The notes below the pieces were generated by a model, which was not told the origin of the DNA, searched no databases, and worked only from the letters and a program-made list of their open reading frames with translations. DNA of 62,400 nucleotides from a virus: IMG/VR virus record IMGVR_UViG_3300046718_000268, one strand, 5' to 3'. Shown here piece after piece: positions 61,408 to 62,400 of this stretch. The translations under genes were made by a program, and so were the position numbers. Each line of letters opens with the position of its first letter. Positions within the stretch are counted from its first letter, which is position 1.

Positions 61408-61837
61408 GATTTATCTTGCCGGGCCGATTTCAGGTCTGTCGCTCGAAGAAGCGAATCAATGGCGTAGACTTGCAACAATGAGTCTTCGTCCGGCAGAATG
61501 TATCAATCCGCTTCGTGGTGCTGAAAATCAGCCGGATCGGTACTTTAATCCGAATGGAGAACGCTGGACGAGTATGCCTCAGATTTTCCAGCGTGATCAT
61601 CATGATGTGATGACATGCGATGCGGTGCTAGCCAATTTCATTGGAGCGAAGATAGTTTCGCGCGGAACTCTGATGGAACTCGCTTGGGCATACGCCTATC
61701 GGAAGCCAATTGTAATGGCTATCGAGGAAGATAATCCGAATTACGATGTCTTCATGTGGCAGACTACTCCATTTGTCTGTGCCTCATTGGATGACGCAAT
61801 AGAGATGATGGTATTGCTTCTTAATCTCAGATGCTAA
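61400..61837 (+). CDS. nucleoside 2-deoxyribosyltransferase-like (Rossmann-like, DUF4406-type) protein
   Basis: N-terminus MPKIYLAGPISG typical of this fold family as recalled; ...GTLMELAWAYAYRKPIV. Confidence 0.5.
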   Translation: MPKIYLAGPISGLSLEEANQWRRLATMSLRPAECINPLRGAENQPDRYFNPNGERWTSMPQIFQRDHHDVMTCDAVLANFIGAKIVSRGTLMELAWAYAYRKPIVMAIEEDNPNYDVFMWQTTPFVCASLDDAIEMMVLLLNLRC

Positions 61838-62292
61838 ATATCCGAGCAAAAGGTCAAGGAGGCGAACGTGAGATTGCTACTATTCTCAACGGCATTGTCA
61901 TTCTTGCTATGCGCGAGCTTGGATTCCCAGAATCTTCGGTTCTCCTTGCTTCTTCCACCATTCAACGTAATCAACAACAGTCTGCAGTGGGTGGATCAGA
62001 TCTTCTTCACACATTTGGTTTATCGATTGAAGTGAAGCGACAGGAGCAATTATCTATTGAAACTTGGTGGCTTCAATGTACGACAGCCGCTAAACGTAAC
62101 AATGAATGGCCTGTTCTACTTTATCGCCAGAACCATAAGCCGTGGCGCTGTGTGACTTATATGTCACTTCCAATGCCTTTCAATGAACCATTTGGTCATG
62201 TCATGGCTGAGATGAGTTATCCAAATTTTCAGATGTGGTTTAAGGCTTGGGTTCTTATCAAACTTCGTCAAGGAGATGAAGTGAGGATTTAA
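61831..62292 (+). CDS. PD-(D/E)XK nuclease, Holliday-junction-resolvase-like
   Basis: GGEREIA ... GGSDL ... SIEVKR pattern (E / D / ExK). Confidence 0.5.
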   Translation: MLNIRAKGQGGEREIATILNGIVILAMRELGFPESSVLLASSTIQRNQQQSAVGGSDLLHTFGLSIEVKRQEQLSIETWWLQCTTAAKRNNEWPVLLYRQNHKPWRCVTYMSLPMPFNEPFGHVMAEMSYPNFQMWFKAWVLIKLRQGDEVRI

Positions 62293-62400
62293 TGGCCGAT
62301 TTACTTTGGGTTTATGATGAGCCTCCCGAAACCGTCGTTCAGCGATGGGAATGGCCGATGGCAGTTTATCGTGGCCCATTTATGAAGCATGCTGCCTACA
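62274..62400. repeat. Second copy of the 127-bp wrap-around repeat; restarts the gene at 19..333
   Basis: Identical to bases 1-127. Confidence 0.9.

Overview
The window holds one complete tailed-phage genome of 62,273 bp. Bases 1-127 repeat exactly at 62274-62400, which looks like circular or terminal-redundancy wrap-around. No integrase, repressor-type lysogeny module, tRNA or CRISPR array was seen. Layout: (i) 19-1536 (+), a small lysis cassette of three small membrane proteins plus an M15-type endolysin. (ii) 1601-27985 (+), packaging, head and a long-tail module (TerS, TerL, portal, scaffold, major capsid, connectors, tail tube, G/GT chaperone with a -1 slippery site, tape measure). It also carries an RcGTA-like g12-g15-type distal tail set and a 2249-aa fibre. 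(iii) 27977-53484 (-), the replication, recombination and DNA-modification module. This includes family-B DNA polymerase, a clamp-like protein, ligase, RNase H, MazG, prim-pol/helicase, UvrD-like and DEAH helicases, a Sak4-like ATPase, a DUF669-type SSB and a Cas4-like nuclease. (iv) 53485-54925, about 1.4 kb of non-coding control region with an AT-rich tract, five copies of a 12-bp palindrome and several other palindromes. (v) 54926-62292 (+), a visibly GC-rich early region of small genes preceded by co-oriented TTATCCACA (DnaA-box-like) elements. The best candidate for new biology is the 7-deazaguanine island at 31155-38002 (-). It has FolE, QueD, QueE, QueC and a DpdA-like transglycosylase. 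Mixed in are enzymes with no assigned role in known phage 7-deazaguanine pathways: a class-III PLP aminotransferase, a HAD-like/ArcS-signature fusion, a CxxCxxCC (YkgJ-type) protein and two small ORFs. An HNH homing endonuclease has also duplicated and recoded the folE 3' end. All family assignments come from reading motifs by eye and recalling them from memory. No database search was run.
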